64,000 nt of DNA, from NCBI GenBank assembly GCA_035063585.1, contig JAPSGB010000008.1:32001-96000 (forward strand), in the 5' to 3' direction. The notes under the pieces were generated by a model. The model was not told the DNA's origin. It did no database searches and worked only from the letters and a program-made list of their open reading frames with translations. This document shows, in pieces, positions 32,375-42,799 of the stretch; the first letter of the stretch is position 1; every line of letters begins with the position of its first letter. A program made the position numbers and the translations under genes. Source of the DNA: Polyangiaceae bacterium. Lineage in GTDB: Bacteria > Myxococcota_A > Polyangia > Polyangiales > Polyangiaceae.

Positions 32375-32420
32375 ACTCGGGTATGCGGACGGGAGGGGGG
32401 CAACCGACGAGAGAGTCCTG

Positions 32421-32603
32421 ATGTTACCGCCCTTCATCATCGACCAGATCCGGCGCCGAGAAGAGGAAGAGCGCGCTCGCCGTGACGCGGAGCAGCCGCG
32501 GCTGGAGTTGCCGATCGACAGCCATCGACCGGAGCGGCACGAGCATCACGAAGAAAAGGACGACGAGCCGGAGCGCGGCGTCATCATCCTCGAGCTCGTC
32601 TGA
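32421..32603 (+). CDS. Small (60 aa) charged hypothetical protein
   Basis: MLPPFIIDQIRRREEEERARRDAEQPRLELPID...ERGVIILELV. Typical codon usage and directly downstream of a promoter; appears in the track only as the tail of a shadow ORF. Confidence 0.7.
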   Translation: MLPPFIIDQIRRREEEERARRDAEQPRLELPIDSHRPERHEHHEEKDDEPERGVIILELV

Positions 32604-32664
32604 GCCGGTCGCAGAGAAAATTCCGGCGGAAATTTCCAGAAGCGGTACTACGCTCCGCCTCCCG

Positions 32665-34374
32665 ATGGCGGTCTTGTCACTCCGGCGCGCGCTCGCCGCG
32701 GCCCTCCTGTTGGCCGGATGCTACTCCCCCGGCGAGGGCGTCAACCCGCCGCTCCGGCGCATCTACTTCCCGGTGGGCCTGGCGGTGAGTCCCGGCAACA
32801 GCCGGCTCTATGTCGTCAACAGCGACTACGACCTCCAATATAACGCGGGCGTCCTCCAGGCTTATGACCTCGAGCGGATCCGCGCGCTCCTGCCGGTCGT
32901 CTGCGACGCCGACTCGGATTGCCCGGCGGACCAGCGCTGCGACTCCTCGCCGAGCGCGCAGAACGGGGGCACCCCGAGCCGCTGGTGCGTCGCGTCGAGC
33001 GGCGCGCGCGCTGGGCAGCCCTGCGGCGCGCTCGGGGAGAAGAGCGCGGCCGACCTCGTGACCCAGCCGGGGCGCTGCGGGCCGCTCGATCCGAACCGCC
33101 CACCGGACGGGGGGGAGTCGCTCATCGTCGGCACGGTCGGTATCGGCGCGTTCGCCACCGACGTCATCTTCGTCAGCCGCCCCCCGATCGACGGCGTCGA
33201 GCGCCCAGGCGGCCGGCTGTTTCTGCCCGTGCGCGGGGACAGCTCGCTCCACTGGATCGACGTCGACGACGACTCGAAGAGCGCCCGTGAGGACTTCGTG
33301 TTCCGCTGCGGGCAGGAGCACAACGATGGGAGGTGCGACGACGCGCACCGCGCCGGCAAGGATTCCGCGGACAACACCCGTGGGCTCCGGCTGCCGCCCG
33401 AGCCGTACGGTATCGCGGCGAGCGCCGGCGGCCAGGCGATCACCCTCACCCACCAGACCGAGGGCGTGGTCTCGCTCTTCGTGCAGCAGGGGCTCGCCGA
33501 CTGGGGCGATGGCGTCTCCACCTTCGGCCGCGGGCCCCACCTCGAGTTTCTCACCGGCAATATGCCGAGCCGGCCCATCGGGATCGCGGCGGTCCCGCGC
33601 CCGGCGGTCGTCGCGGCGGATCCGTCGCTCGTCCATCACCCGGGCTTCCTCGTGACCTACCGGGACGCCGCGCAGATCCAGCTGCTCCGCTACTACGACG
33701 ATCTCTTCACGGGCACCGAGCCGAACAACCCGGCGCGGCCCTTCCTCGACCGCGCCTCGTCGATGAACGTCACCAGCAACTCGGTCGGCTTCGACTCGCG
33801 CGGGATCGCCGTCGACGCCGTGGCGCGCGAGGAGTGCGAGGCCCGCTGCGCCAGGCTCGGGGGAGAGCTGAGCTGCCTCACCGACTGCGCCGGCATCCCG
33901 GTGAGCGTCTATGTCGCGAACCGCGCGCCGTCGAGCCTGCTCGTCGGGCAGACACGCCCGAACGCAGGCGTCGTCGGCACCGATGACCTCCCCCACTTCG
34001 ACGAAGTCGAGCCGATGCCCTTCGGGCCCTCGCGCGTCATCGTGGGCGACGTCATCGGACCCGACGGACGCCGGCAGCGTCGCGTCTTCGTGGTCTGCTT
34101 CGACTCACACACGCTCATGATTTACGACCCAGCGAAACGACGGCTCGAGGCGGTCGTCACGACCGGGCGCGGGCCTCAGGCCTTCGCGCTCGACGTGCCG
34201 GCCATCGCCGCCAGCGCCGACCGCGAGACGGACCGGCCAGCGTACGCCTACGGGTTCATCGGTCATTTCACCGACTCCTGGCTCGGGGTGATCGATCTCG
34301 ATCAACGCCACGCCACCTACGGCAAGCTCATCATGACGCTGGGCGCACCCTCCGCACCGAGGTCGTCCAAGTGA
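32665..34374 (+). CDS. Cys-containing beta-propeller (YVTN-like) lipoprotein
   Basis: Lipobox LLAGC from ATG 32665; FPVGLAVSP...LYVVNSDYDLQYN, VYVANRAP, VFVVCFDS, GRGPQAF. Confidence 0.75.
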   Translation: MAVLSLRRALAAALLLAGCYSPGEGVNPPLRRIYFPVGLAVSPGNSRLYVVNSDYDLQYNAGVLQAYDLERIRALLPVVCDADSDCPADQRCDSSPSAQNGGTPSRWCVASSGARAGQPCGALGEKSAADLVTQPGRCGPLDPNRPPDGGESLIVGTVGIGAFATDVIFVSRPPIDGVERPGGRLFLPVRGDSSLHWIDVDDDSKSAREDFVFRCGQEHNDGRCDDAHRAGKDSADNTRGLRLPPEPYGIAASAGGQAITLTHQTEGVVSLFVQQGLADWGDGVSTFGRGPHLEFLTGNMPSRPIGIAAVPRPAVVAADPSLVHHPGFLVTYRDAAQIQLLRYYDDLFTGTEPNNPARPFLDRASSMNVTSNSVGFDSRGIAVDAVAREECEARCARLGGELSCLTDCAGIPVSVYVANRAPSSLLVGQTRPNAGVVGTDDLPHFDEVEPMPFGPSRVIVGDVIGPDGRRQRRVFVVCFDSHTLMIYDPAKRRLEAVVTTGRGPQAFALDVPAIAASADRETDRPAYAYGFIGHFTDSWLGVIDLDQRHATYGKLIMTLGAPSAPRSSK

Positions 34375-37304
34375 GCCGCCGCGCGCTCGGGCTGGTGCTC
34401 GCCGCGGCGGCCGTCGCGACGGCGGGCTGCACGCAGTCGCCGATTACGCTCCCGCTCCGCTCGCTCGAGCAGAGCGGCGAGGTGAGCTTCGTCTGTGTCG
34501 GGACGGGCGCAGGCGGCCGCCCCGAGGGGCGCGCGCTCGACGACTGCCCCGACTTCGCGCGCGGCGAGAACCACCTGATGGCGCTGGTGACGCAGACCCG
34601 CCGCGGCGAGATCGCGGTGGTGGATCTCACCGCGGGCAGCGTGCTCGACACCGATCCCGCGACGCCCGGGTTCAACTTCTTGCCGGTCGGCGCGAACCCC
34701 GTGAGCATCGTCTCGACCCCGGGGGGCGAGGCGAGCTTCGTGGGCGTCGCCGAGGTCGGAAAGGAGGGGATCTTCGCGCTGCCCTCGAGCTGCCTCGGCC
34801 CGCCGCGCGCGCTCCCGGACGGAGGCTCCGAGCGAGTCCGCGATCTCACGAGCTTCGCGGCGTGCGCGCTGCCGAGCGCGCCGGGCGCCATGTCCATCTT
34901 GATTGATCCGCCGTCGGCGGACGGCGAGCGCGCGTCGTGTGACTCCCCTCATGACGCCGCCACCGCCAAGATCGGCGCCGCGGTCGCTGCGAACCGCGCC
35001 GAGTGCGCCGTCGATCTCGCCCTCGAGCAGAGCCCACCGGGGCGTCGCAAGCTCGCGGTGACGCTCCCCGATCGCGGCGAGCTCGTCATCATCGACGCGC
35101 AGACCCTCCTCGATCAGACCCCCGGCGACTTCCCCGCGTGCCCGATCGAGCGCACCGTCCCGCTGGCGGTGTCGCTCCCGGCCGCGGGCGCGACGCAGAG
35201 CGTCCCGGCCGATCTTCAGGCGCCCGGATGCGGGCTCGGCGCCGAGGTCAACTACGGCCCCGTGAAGCAGAGCTTCAGCCCGCGCCCGTCCGATCTCGCT
35301 CTGAGCCAGTCGACCCTGTTCGTCGCGGATCAGGGCGCGCCGGTGGTGCACGTCCTCGACGTCCACGACCCCTGCGCGATCGCCGAGGAACTGCCCCTCT
35401 TGCCGGTGTCCCTCGAGGACGTGGGGCGCACCGTGACCACCACGAAGGTGGCGGTCAGCCCGGTCACGACCGGCGGCAAGCGCTTCGCCTACGCGGTCGA
35501 TCAGGCCGAAGGGAGCGTCATGGTGTTCGACGTGAGCCCGGGCTCCGTCGAGCGTACGCCCATCGTGAGGCCCGGCTCGCGGCGCCTGCCCTTCGAGGCG
35601 GCCGACCGCATCGAATTCTCCGCCCCGGCGGTAGACGTCGAGTTCGCGCTCAAGGACAACCCCATCGCGGATCCGGTCACCGGCGTCGCGGTGGTCGGGA
35701 CGCTCTGCGATCCCTCGCCGAGCGCCGACGGGACGGTCGGCGCTCTCTATCGCCCCTCGGCGGATCTTCGCAGCGGCGCCGCGCCGCGGCTCTTGCGCGG
35801 GATCTTCGGGTTCGTGCTGCTCTCGAGCGGTCAGGTCGCGGTGATCGACGAGGAGGACTTCGACGCGGATTGCCGGCGGCCGGTGAGCGGGAACCGGGCG
35901 GCGACGCCCGACTACCGCGGCTGCTTCGACGACGGCCTCACGGCGTACCAGTCGGGGGGCGACCCCACCGTCAGCGGTGAGGTGAGCTGCAACGTGGTCG
36001 AGCCGCACCGCGCCCGCAGCGGCGCCTACGTCATGACCAGCGCGAGCCTCGGCGCGCGCGCGCCGACCCTGCGCGCGCTGCCCCGGCTGCACGCCCCGGT
36101 CGGCGGCAATCCGCCCATGGACGACCCGGCGAACCCGAAGCTGCTCGCGGTCGAGTTCGCGAGCCCCGGGACGTCGAGCGGTGAGGCGACCGACGTGTTC
36201 GTCGGCGTCGACCGCTACTCGACCGCGGCTGGAGCGGAGCACTTCATCGACACCAATCCGAAGACGGCGACCTCGGCGTCGCTCGCGCTCCCGCTCGAGG
36301 AGCCGCGAGCGTTCGGTGCCCAGGAGGATTTCACGCTCACCTACGAAGGACCGCTCTTCGCCGATCGCCCGGCAGGTGTGCTCACGCCCTCGGCGGCCGG
36401 CGCGGGTCGCACGACCTTCCTCGACCCCGACGCCTACTTCTGCTCGCTCGGCGTGGCGGACCAGGACATGGCGCGCGCCACGGGCGAGTCGCTCGGCGTC
36501 GCGGCGGCCGACCTCGATCGCTTCGCCGCTCGCCACGCCGATCGGCTGGTCGTGACGAGCTCGCGGCTCCCCGCAGCCGACGCCTACTGGCGGAGCCCGG
36601 CCGCCGCCGAGTGCGGGGGCGCAAGCAACGGCCCGTTGAACTGCGACAGCTGGTTCGGGGCGGTCGATCAGCCGACCACCGCGCGCGATCTCCGGGTCGT
36701 CGAGGCCTGGTCGGATCACCTGGTGGTCGAGCCCGCCGAGCCGGGCGTCACCCTCGAGCGGATGCGCTGCTGCTTCCCGCAGGCGGTGAGCTACACGGTC
36801 CGCGGCGGCGCGACCTGGATCCTCCAGGGCAGCGCGTCGGGGTTCCGCAGCCACCACCGCGTCTCCACGACCGGTCGCTGCGAGGTGGATTGCAACCCGC
36901 GCCGGTCGCTCCTTCGAGGGCGCGCCTACGAGAGCCCGGATCGCGAGTGCGTCACCACCACGGAGGGCGGCGAGGCGGTCACGAGCTGTCGCGCGCTCGC
37001 GTGTGATTTCGGCGACGGCAAGATCACCGACGCGACGAGCCCCTGCGTGTTCGACTCCATCTCCGCGCGCTTCGCGATCTACGCGGGCTCCGCGCCCACG
37101 CCGCGCGACATGAACTACACGTGGACGGTCACCGGCGGCTTCACCCCGCTGGTCGCCAACATGATGACCCAGACGACCTCGGTCTTGCCGCAGTCGATGG
37201 TCTTCATCCCCCAGCTCGGGCAGCTCGCGGTCGCCGACGGCGCGGCCGCCGGCCTCACGCTCATCAGCCTCGACACCGTCGCGGTGAGCCGTCTCTATTT
37301 CTGA
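34371..37304 (+). CDS. Large Cys-rich beta-propeller lipoprotein, function unknown
   Basis: Lipobox TAGC, GTGA overlap with the upstream gene, propeller-like blades (GEIAVVDL, PSDLALS..LFVAD, FAYAVD) and paired Cys. Confidence 0.75.
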   Translation: MSRRALGLVLAAAAVATAGCTQSPITLPLRSLEQSGEVSFVCVGTGAGGRPEGRALDDCPDFARGENHLMALVTQTRRGEIAVVDLTAGSVLDTDPATPGFNFLPVGANPVSIVSTPGGEASFVGVAEVGKEGIFALPSSCLGPPRALPDGGSERVRDLTSFAACALPSAPGAMSILIDPPSADGERASCDSPHDAATAKIGAAVAANRAECAVDLALEQSPPGRRKLAVTLPDRGELVIIDAQTLLDQTPGDFPACPIERTVPLAVSLPAAGATQSVPADLQAPGCGLGAEVNYGPVKQSFSPRPSDLALSQSTLFVADQGAPVVHVLDVHDPCAIAEELPLLPVSLEDVGRTVTTTKVAVSPVTTGGKRFAYAVDQAEGSVMVFDVSPGSVERTPIVRPGSRRLPFEAADRIEFSAPAVDVEFALKDNPIADPVTGVAVVGTLCDPSPSADGTVGALYRPSADLRSGAAPRLLRGIFGFVLLSSGQVAVIDEEDFDADCRRPVSGNRAATPDYRGCFDDGLTAYQSGGDPTVSGEVSCNVVEPHRARSGAYVMTSASLGARAPTLRALPRLHAPVGGNPPMDDPANPKLLAVEFASPGTSSGEATDVFVGVDRYSTAAGAEHFIDTNPKTATSASLALPLEEPRAFGAQEDFTLTYEGPLFADRPAGVLTPSAAGAGRTTFLDPDAYFCSLGVADQDMARATGESLGVAAADLDRFAARHADRLVVTSSRLPAADAYWRSPAAAECGGASNGPLNCDSWFGAVDQPTTARDLRVVEAWSDHLVVEPAEPGVTLERMRCCFPQAVSYTVRGGATWILQGSASGFRSHHRVSTTGRCEVDCNPRRSLLRGRAYESPDRECVTTTEGGEAVTSCRALACDFGDGKITDATSPCVFDSISARFAIYAGSAPTPRDMNYTWTVTGGFTPLVANMMTQTTSVLPQSMVFIPQLGQLAVADGAAAGLTLISLDTVAVSRLYF

Positions 37305-37418
37305 GCCCCGCCGGGCTCGCCTGCGGCGAACGCGTCGCCTCGTCGGGGGAGGGTGAGCGAGGGGGCGGCGTCGCGCGGTGGGCTTTCGGCGAGCGGCCCG
37401 CGCTGTTACACGGAGCAC

Positions 37419-40019
37419 ATGGCTGGGCGAAGGACGCCGGTGATGCAGCAGTTCGCGGACGCGAAGCGCGCCTACCCGGACGCCATCTTGTTCTTCAGGA
37501 TGGGAGACTTCTACGAGATGTTCGAGGACGACGCGGTGCTCGCTGCGCGTCTGCTCGAGCTCGTGCTCACCAGCCGTAACAAGGGCAAGCCCGACGAGGT
37601 GCCCATGGCGGGCGTGCCGCACCACGCCGCCCACGGGTACATCGCGAGGCTGCTCGAGCTCGGCTACCAGGTCGCCATCTGCGAGCAGATGGCCGACCCC
37701 GCGACAGTGAAGGGGATCGTGCCGCGTGAGGTGGTGCGTGTCATCACGCCCGGCACGGTGACCGACCGCGACCAGCTCGACGCCTCCACCAACAATTGGC
37801 TCGGCGCGGTCGAGCCCGAGCGAGACGGGGCGGGGCTCGCGCTGCTCGATCTCTCGACCGGTGAGCTCCGCGCCGCCATGGCGCGCGACCTCTCGGCGCT
37901 CCTCGCCGAGCTCGGTCGCGCCGCGCCCCGCGAGCTCTTGGTCGGCGGCGCGCCGGAGGGGCTGCCCGAGGCGGTCGCGGCGCTCCGCGCGGCTCTGCCG
38001 GGCGCGGCGGTGCGCGAGGACCGCGCCCTCGACGACGCGGAGGCTCCGGCCGCGCTCGGCGCGCTGGCGAGCGACGCCGCCGGCCTCGCGCCGGCCGCGC
38101 GCGCCGCGGTCGCGCGAGCGCTCCGCTACGCCCGCGCCTGTAACCCGGGCGTCGAGCTCCCGATCGCCTACATCGGGCGTTGGGAGCCCTCGGACGCGCT
38201 GGTCATCGATCCATCGACCCAGCGTCATCTGGAGCTCGCCCTCTCCGCGCGCGGGACGCGGGACGGGAGCCTGCTCGGAGTCATCGATCGCACGCGCTCG
38301 CCGGCCGGTGCTCGCCGACTCCGCCGCCAGTTGCTCGCGCCGCTCGTCGACGTCGCGCGGATCCGCCGTCGCCTCGCTCGCGTGGAGGCGCTCGTGAACG
38401 ACCCGGCGCTGCGGGAGCAGCTCGCCCAAGCGCTCGCGGGCGTGGGGGATCTCGAGCGGCTCTCGACCCGCGCCGCGCTCGGGGAGGCGACGCCGCGCGA
38501 TCTCGGCGCGATCCGCGACGGGCTCGTCGCGGCCAAGCAGGCGATCGCGCTCCTCACCAAGCTCGGCGGCGGCGCGACCTTGGGCGACCCGCTCTTCGAG
38601 CCGGCCTCGGCCGACACGCTCGACGAGCTCGCCGAAGCGCTCGGTCGCGCCCTGGTCGAGCGTCCGCCCGCGCAGCCCAAAGACGGCGCGGTGTTCGTCA
38701 CCGGCTACGATCGCGCGCTCGATGAAGAGGACGAGCTCCGCCGCTCGGGCAGCGAGCGCATGGTCGAGCTCGAGGCGCGGCTCAAGCGAGAGACCGGGAT
38801 CGGCACGCTCAAGGTGCGCTTCACTCGGGTGTTCGGCTGGTACATCGAGGTGAGCCGCTCGCAGGCCGGGCGCGCGCCGGAGGGCTGGCGTCGAAAGCAG
38901 ACGGTGGCGACCGGCGAGCGGTACACCATCGCCGAGCTCGACGACCTCGCCGATCGCATCCTGCACGCCGAGGAGCGTCGGCGCGAGCGCGAGCTCGAGT
39001 TGCTCGGCGAGCTCACCCGCCGCGCCGGCGCGGCGAGCTCACGCCTCCGCGCGCTCTCCGCGCTCCTCGCTCGCTGGGACGTCGCGGGCGCGCTCGCCGA
39101 GGTCGCGCACCGCTTCGACTACGTGCGCCCCGAGGTGGACACCTCGAGCGCGCTCCTCATCGAGGACGGACGTCACCCGGTGGTCGAGCGCCTCGCGGCG
39201 GCGGGGCGCTTCGTCCCGAACGACGTCCGCCTCGATCTCGAGGGCGAGCGGCTCTGGGTCATCACCGGGCCCAACATGGCCGGCAAGAGCACGCTCCTCC
39301 GGCAGACCGCGCTCACCGTCATCCTCGCGCAGATGGGCAGCTACGTTCCCGCGCGCTCGGCCCGCGTCGGCGTCGTCGACCGCGTGCTCTCACGGGTCGG
39401 CGCGAGCGACGATCTGTCGCGGGGCGAGAGCACGTTCATGGTCGAGATGCGCGAGACGGCCACCATCCTCCGCGCGGCGACCGCGCGCTCGCTGGTCATC
39501 GTCGACGAGATCGGGCGCGGGACGAGCACCCTCGACGGCCTCGCCATCGCGTGGGCGGTCGCCGAGCACCTGGACGCCGCCATTGGCTGCCGCGCGCTCT
39601 TCGCGACGCACTATCACGAGCTCGTCGAGCTCGCCGACTCGAGCGAGCACGTCGCGAACTACAGCGTGAGCGCGCGCGAGCTCGAGAACGACGTCGTGTT
39701 CTTGCACCGGCTCGTGCGCGGCGCGACCAGCAAGAGCTACGGGATCGCGGTGGCGCGGCTCGCTGGCCTACCGGAGAGCGTGCTCGCGCGCGCGCGCGCG
39801 GTGCTCGCCGCGCTCGAGGGCGCGCCGCCGGGGAGCGGTGGGCCGACCGCCAAGGCGCACCTCGGCGGTCGCGGCGCGGGGCAGCTCGCGCTCTTCGCGC
39901 CGCCGGCCGCGCCGCCCAGCCACCCGGAGATCATCGAGACCCTACGCGCGGTGGACGTCGATCGCCTGACGCCACTCGAGGCGCTCGGGCTCATCAGCAC
40001 CTTGAAGGCGCGCCTCTGA
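37419..40019 (+). CDS. mutS: DNA mismatch repair protein MutS
   Basis: TPVMQQF, FFRMGDFYEMF, MAGVPHH, ITGPNMAGKST, GESTFMVEM, DEIGRGTST, FATHYHEL. Confidence 0.98.
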   Translation: MAGRRTPVMQQFADAKRAYPDAILFFRMGDFYEMFEDDAVLAARLLELVLTSRNKGKPDEVPMAGVPHHAAHGYIARLLELGYQVAICEQMADPATVKGIVPREVVRVITPGTVTDRDQLDASTNNWLGAVEPERDGAGLALLDLSTGELRAAMARDLSALLAELGRAAPRELLVGGAPEGLPEAVAALRAALPGAAVREDRALDDAEAPAALGALASDAAGLAPAARAAVARALRYARACNPGVELPIAYIGRWEPSDALVIDPSTQRHLELALSARGTRDGSLLGVIDRTRSPAGARRLRRQLLAPLVDVARIRRRLARVEALVNDPALREQLAQALAGVGDLERLSTRAALGEATPRDLGAIRDGLVAAKQAIALLTKLGGGATLGDPLFEPASADTLDELAEALGRALVERPPAQPKDGAVFVTGYDRALDEEDELRRSGSERMVELEARLKRETGIGTLKVRFTRVFGWYIEVSRSQAGRAPEGWRRKQTVATGERYTIAELDDLADRILHAEERRRERELELLGELTRRAGAASSRLRALSALLARWDVAGALAEVAHRFDYVRPEVDTSSALLIEDGRHPVVERLAAAGRFVPNDVRLDLEGERLWVITGPNMAGKSTLLRQTALTVILAQMGSYVPARSARVGVVDRVLSRVGASDDLSRGESTFMVEMRETATILRAATARSLVIVDEIGRGTSTLDGLAIAWAVAEHLDAAIGCRALFATHYHELVELADSSEHVANYSVSARELENDVVFLHRLVRGATSKSYGIAVARLAGLPESVLARARAVLAALEGAPPGSGGPTAKAHLGGRGAGQLALFAPPAAPPSHPEIIETLRAVDVDRLTPLEALGLISTLKARL

Positions 40020-40029
40020 CGCGCCGAGC

Positions 40030-42612
40030 CTAGCGTGTCCGCGGCGGGCGCGGCGCCGGCGGCGCGGCGGTGCGCCCGTCCTCCGGCCAGGCATGCCTCG
40101 GATAGCGGCGCCCGAGCTCACGGCGGATGGACGGGTAGTGACGCTCCCAGAACCCGGCGAGATCGCTGGTGACCTGCACCGCGCGGCCGTTCGGCGCGAG
40201 GAGGTGCACGGTGAGCGCGACGCGGCCGGCGCAGACCCGCGGCGACTCCTTCATACCGAAGAAATCTTGCAGCCGCGACTCGATGAAGGGCGGCTTGCCC
40301 GGCTCGTAGTGCACCACCGTGCTCCGCCCGCCAGGCAGCCGGAGCCGGTCGGGCGCGTGCTCGCGGAGCGCGCGAGCGACGTGCGGGCTCTGCGCGCGCG
40401 CGAGCTCGTCCGCGAGCTCGACGCCTTCGAGCTCGCGCAGGCTGGTGCGGCCTCGGCACGCCGCGGCGACCGCGCGCTCGAAGGCGCGCTCGACGCCGCG
40501 CTCGGAGTCATCCGGGAGCCCGAGCTCGGGGAAGTGCTCGCGGAGCAACGCGAGCCGCCCCACGAGCAGCGCGAGCCCGTCGCTCATGCCGCCTGCGCCA
40601 GCGCCGCGCGCGAGGACCGCGCGCTCGAGCACTCGGCTCGCGGCGTCCGACGGTGGCGCCGCCGCGCGGCTCTCCTCGAGCACCACCGAGCCGAGCGAGA
40701 GTCGGCTCACCCGCTCGACCCGTTCGCTTCCCGGGTTCCACTCGAACTCGTCGGTCGAGGCGAGCTGGTCGGCGTGGTCGTCGAGGAGCCACTCCGCGTC
40801 GATGGCGCTCGCCAGACGCACCACGGAACGCCCGCGCTGCTCGTCGGCGTCGAGCGCGACCATCAGCGGCGCGCCGGTGACCACGCTCGCCGGCGAGAGC
40901 TCCGCGCTCCGGCCGTTCGCGAGGACCAGCTCGCGCGCGCCGGGTCTCCGGCGGCGCGCGACGCGATCGATGAAGCCGGCGAGCACGGCGCGGCGGAGCG
41001 CGTCATCGGCCTGCTCCGCGCTCTTCGGCGGTTCGCCGCGCGTCCGCACCAGGCGCGCGAGCTGGGCGCGCGCGCGCTCGACCGCGCGCACGCGAGCGGC
41101 GTCGAGCTCGAGGTGGCGCAGCGTGGACGTGGCGAAGCGCGAGCGTCGCGCCTCTTCGAAGCGCTCGGCGAGCTCGAGCACGTCGGACGGGCCGCTCGGT
41201 CCATCCGCGCCTCGGCGCGCCTCGCCGAGGCCGGGCCGCGCGGCGCGGCGCACGTCGCGCTCGGCGAGCAGCGCGGCGGCGAGCGCGGCTTCGCTCGCGA
41301 TCCCGCGCCGCTCGCCCTCCGCCACGACCCGCGCGAGCCGCGGATGGAGGGGAAAGTCGAGGAGCCGCCGACCCACCGGGGTGAGCCGTCCGCTCGCGTC
41401 GAGCGCGCCGAGCACGCCGAGCAGCGTGCGCGCCGAGGCGCGCGCGGCCGGGGGCGGCGCGTCGAGCCAGGCGAGATCGCGCTCCGGATCGAGCCCGGCG
41501 CCCATGAGCGCCAGGGTCGCCTCCGCGAGATCCGCGCGGAGCGCCTCGGGCAGCTCGTGCGCGGGGCGCGTCTCGTAGTCCGCGCGCGTGTAGAGGCGGA
41601 GCACACGGCCGGGCCGGGTGCGGCCTGCGCGCCCGGCGCGCTGGGTCGCCGAGGCGCGGCTCACCCGCGCGAGCTCGAGGCGCGGCAGGCCGCTGAAGGG
41701 CGAGTGGGTCGCTAGCCGCGCGAGCCCGGAGTCGATGACCGTGGTCACGCCGTCCACCGTGATCGACGACTCTGCCACGTTGGTCGAGAGCACCACCTTG
41801 CGGCGGCGGCCCGGCTCGACCGCGCGCGCCTGCGCCGCGAGCGGGAGCTCGCCGTGGAGCGGGAGCACGTCGAGCGCGGCCTCGGCTGCGAGCTTCTCGA
41901 GGGCCTCGGCCGCGCGCCGGATCTCGGCCGCGCCGGGCAGGAAGACCAGCAAATCGCCGCTCGGCTCCTCGCCGACCAGCCGGCGCACCGCGCTGGCGAC
42001 CTGGCGCTCGAGCGGGCGGTCGTCGGGGCCGGGCAGGTGCTCGATGGTGATCGGGTGGAGCCGGCCGTCGCTCGTGAGGATGGGGCAGCCGCCGAGGAAC
42101 TCCGCCACCGGCGCGGTCTCGAGCGTCGCGCTCATCACGGCGAGCGCGAGATCGGGGCGGAGGCCCTCCTGCGCGCGCCTCACGAGCGCGAGCGCGAGAT
42201 CGGTCTCGAGGTGGCGCTCGTGAAACTCGTCGAGGATGACCGCCGAGACCCCGTCGAGCCGCGGCTCGGCGAGCAGCCGCCGCACGAGCACCCCCTCGGT
42301 CACGAAGCGGACGCGGGTCGCCGGGCTCGAGCGATCCTCGAAGCGGACGCTGTAGCCGATGGTGCCGCCGGGCGCTTCGCCGCGCTCCTCGGCGACCCGC
42401 GCGGCGGCGAGCCGCGCCGCGAGCCGTCGCGGCTCCGACACCAAGATCTCGCCGGCGCCAAACGCCTCCGCCTCGAGGAGCGCGGCGGGCACGCGCGTGG
42501 TCTTGCCGGCGCCGGGCGGCGCCTCGACGACCACCCGCCGCGCGCGCGTGAGCTCGCTCACGAGCGCGGGGAGCAGCGGATCGATGGGGAGCGGCGCGGG
42601 CACCGCGGACAC
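40030..42612 (-). CDS. hrpB: ATP-dependent helicase HrpB
   Basis: APPGAGKTT, LDEFHERH, MSAT, STNVAESSIT, QRAGRAGR, C-terminal RLQDFFG...LLAPNGRAVQVTSDLAGFW...RYPRHAWP. Start probably GTG 42612 or 42603. Confidence 0.95.
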   Translation of the reverse strand: MSAVPAPLPIDPLLPALVSELTRARRVVVEAPPGAGKTTRVPAALLEAEAFGAGEILVSEPRRLAARLAAARVAEERGEAPGGTIGYSVRFEDRSSPATRVRFVTEGVLVRRLLAEPRLDGVSAVILDEFHERHLETDLALALVRRAQEGLRPDLALAVMSATLETAPVAEFLGGCPILTSDGRLHPITIEHLPGPDDRPLERQVASAVRRLVGEEPSGDLLVFLPGAAEIRRAAEALEKLAAEAALDVLPLHGELPLAAQARAVEPGRRRKVVLSTNVAESSITVDGVTTVIDSGLARLATHSPFSGLPRLELARVSRASATQRAGRAGRTRPGRVLRLYTRADYETRPAHELPEALRADLAEATLALMGAGLDPERDLAWLDAPPPAARASARTLLGVLGALDASGRLTPVGRRLLDFPLHPRLARVVAEGERRGIASEAALAAALLAERDVRRAARPGLGEARRGADGPSGPSDVLELAERFEEARRSRFATSTLRHLELDAARVRAVERARAQLARLVRTRGEPPKSAEQADDALRRAVLAGFIDRVARRRRPGARELVLANGRSAELSPASVVTGAPLMVALDADEQRGRSVVRLASAIDAEWLLDDHADQLASTDEFEWNPGSERVERVSRLSLGSVVLEESRAAAPPSDAASRVLERAVLARGAGAGGMSDGLALLVGRLALLREHFPELGLPDDSERGVERAFERAVAAACRGRTSLRELEGVELADELARAQSPHVARALREHAPDRLRLPGGRSTVVHYEPGKPPFIESRLQDFFGMKESPRVCAGRVALTVHLLAPNGRAVQVTSDLAGFWERHYPSIRRELGRRYPRHAWPEDGRTAAPPAPRPPRTR

Positions 42613-42687
42613 CTTAGCGCCTGCGCGCGCGGCCGCCCCTCGGCGCGGGCCCGGCGCGCCTGCTCGAGCTCCGCCCGCGATGATGAG

Positions 42688-42707
42688 ATTCAACCAAATG
42701 GTTGAAT
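42688..42707. promoter_or_regulatory. Perfect 9-2-9 inverted repeat, ArsR/SmtB-type operator candidate
   Basis: ATTCAACCA-AA-TGGTTGAAT, AT-rich in a GC-rich background. Confidence 0.6.
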
Positions 42708-42799
42708 ATAACGCTCGTCGAGCGAACCACGTGCTCGAAGCGGTGCGCCGGTCGCCGGCCGCGCCGACCCGGCACCCTCCACCGGGCCTCGACGGCCGC

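Noticed and set aside
34317..38966. 1549-aa minus-strand ORF
   Set aside because: Antisense shadow of the 977-aa lipoprotein and mutS; stop-poor reverse frames are expected at this GC content.
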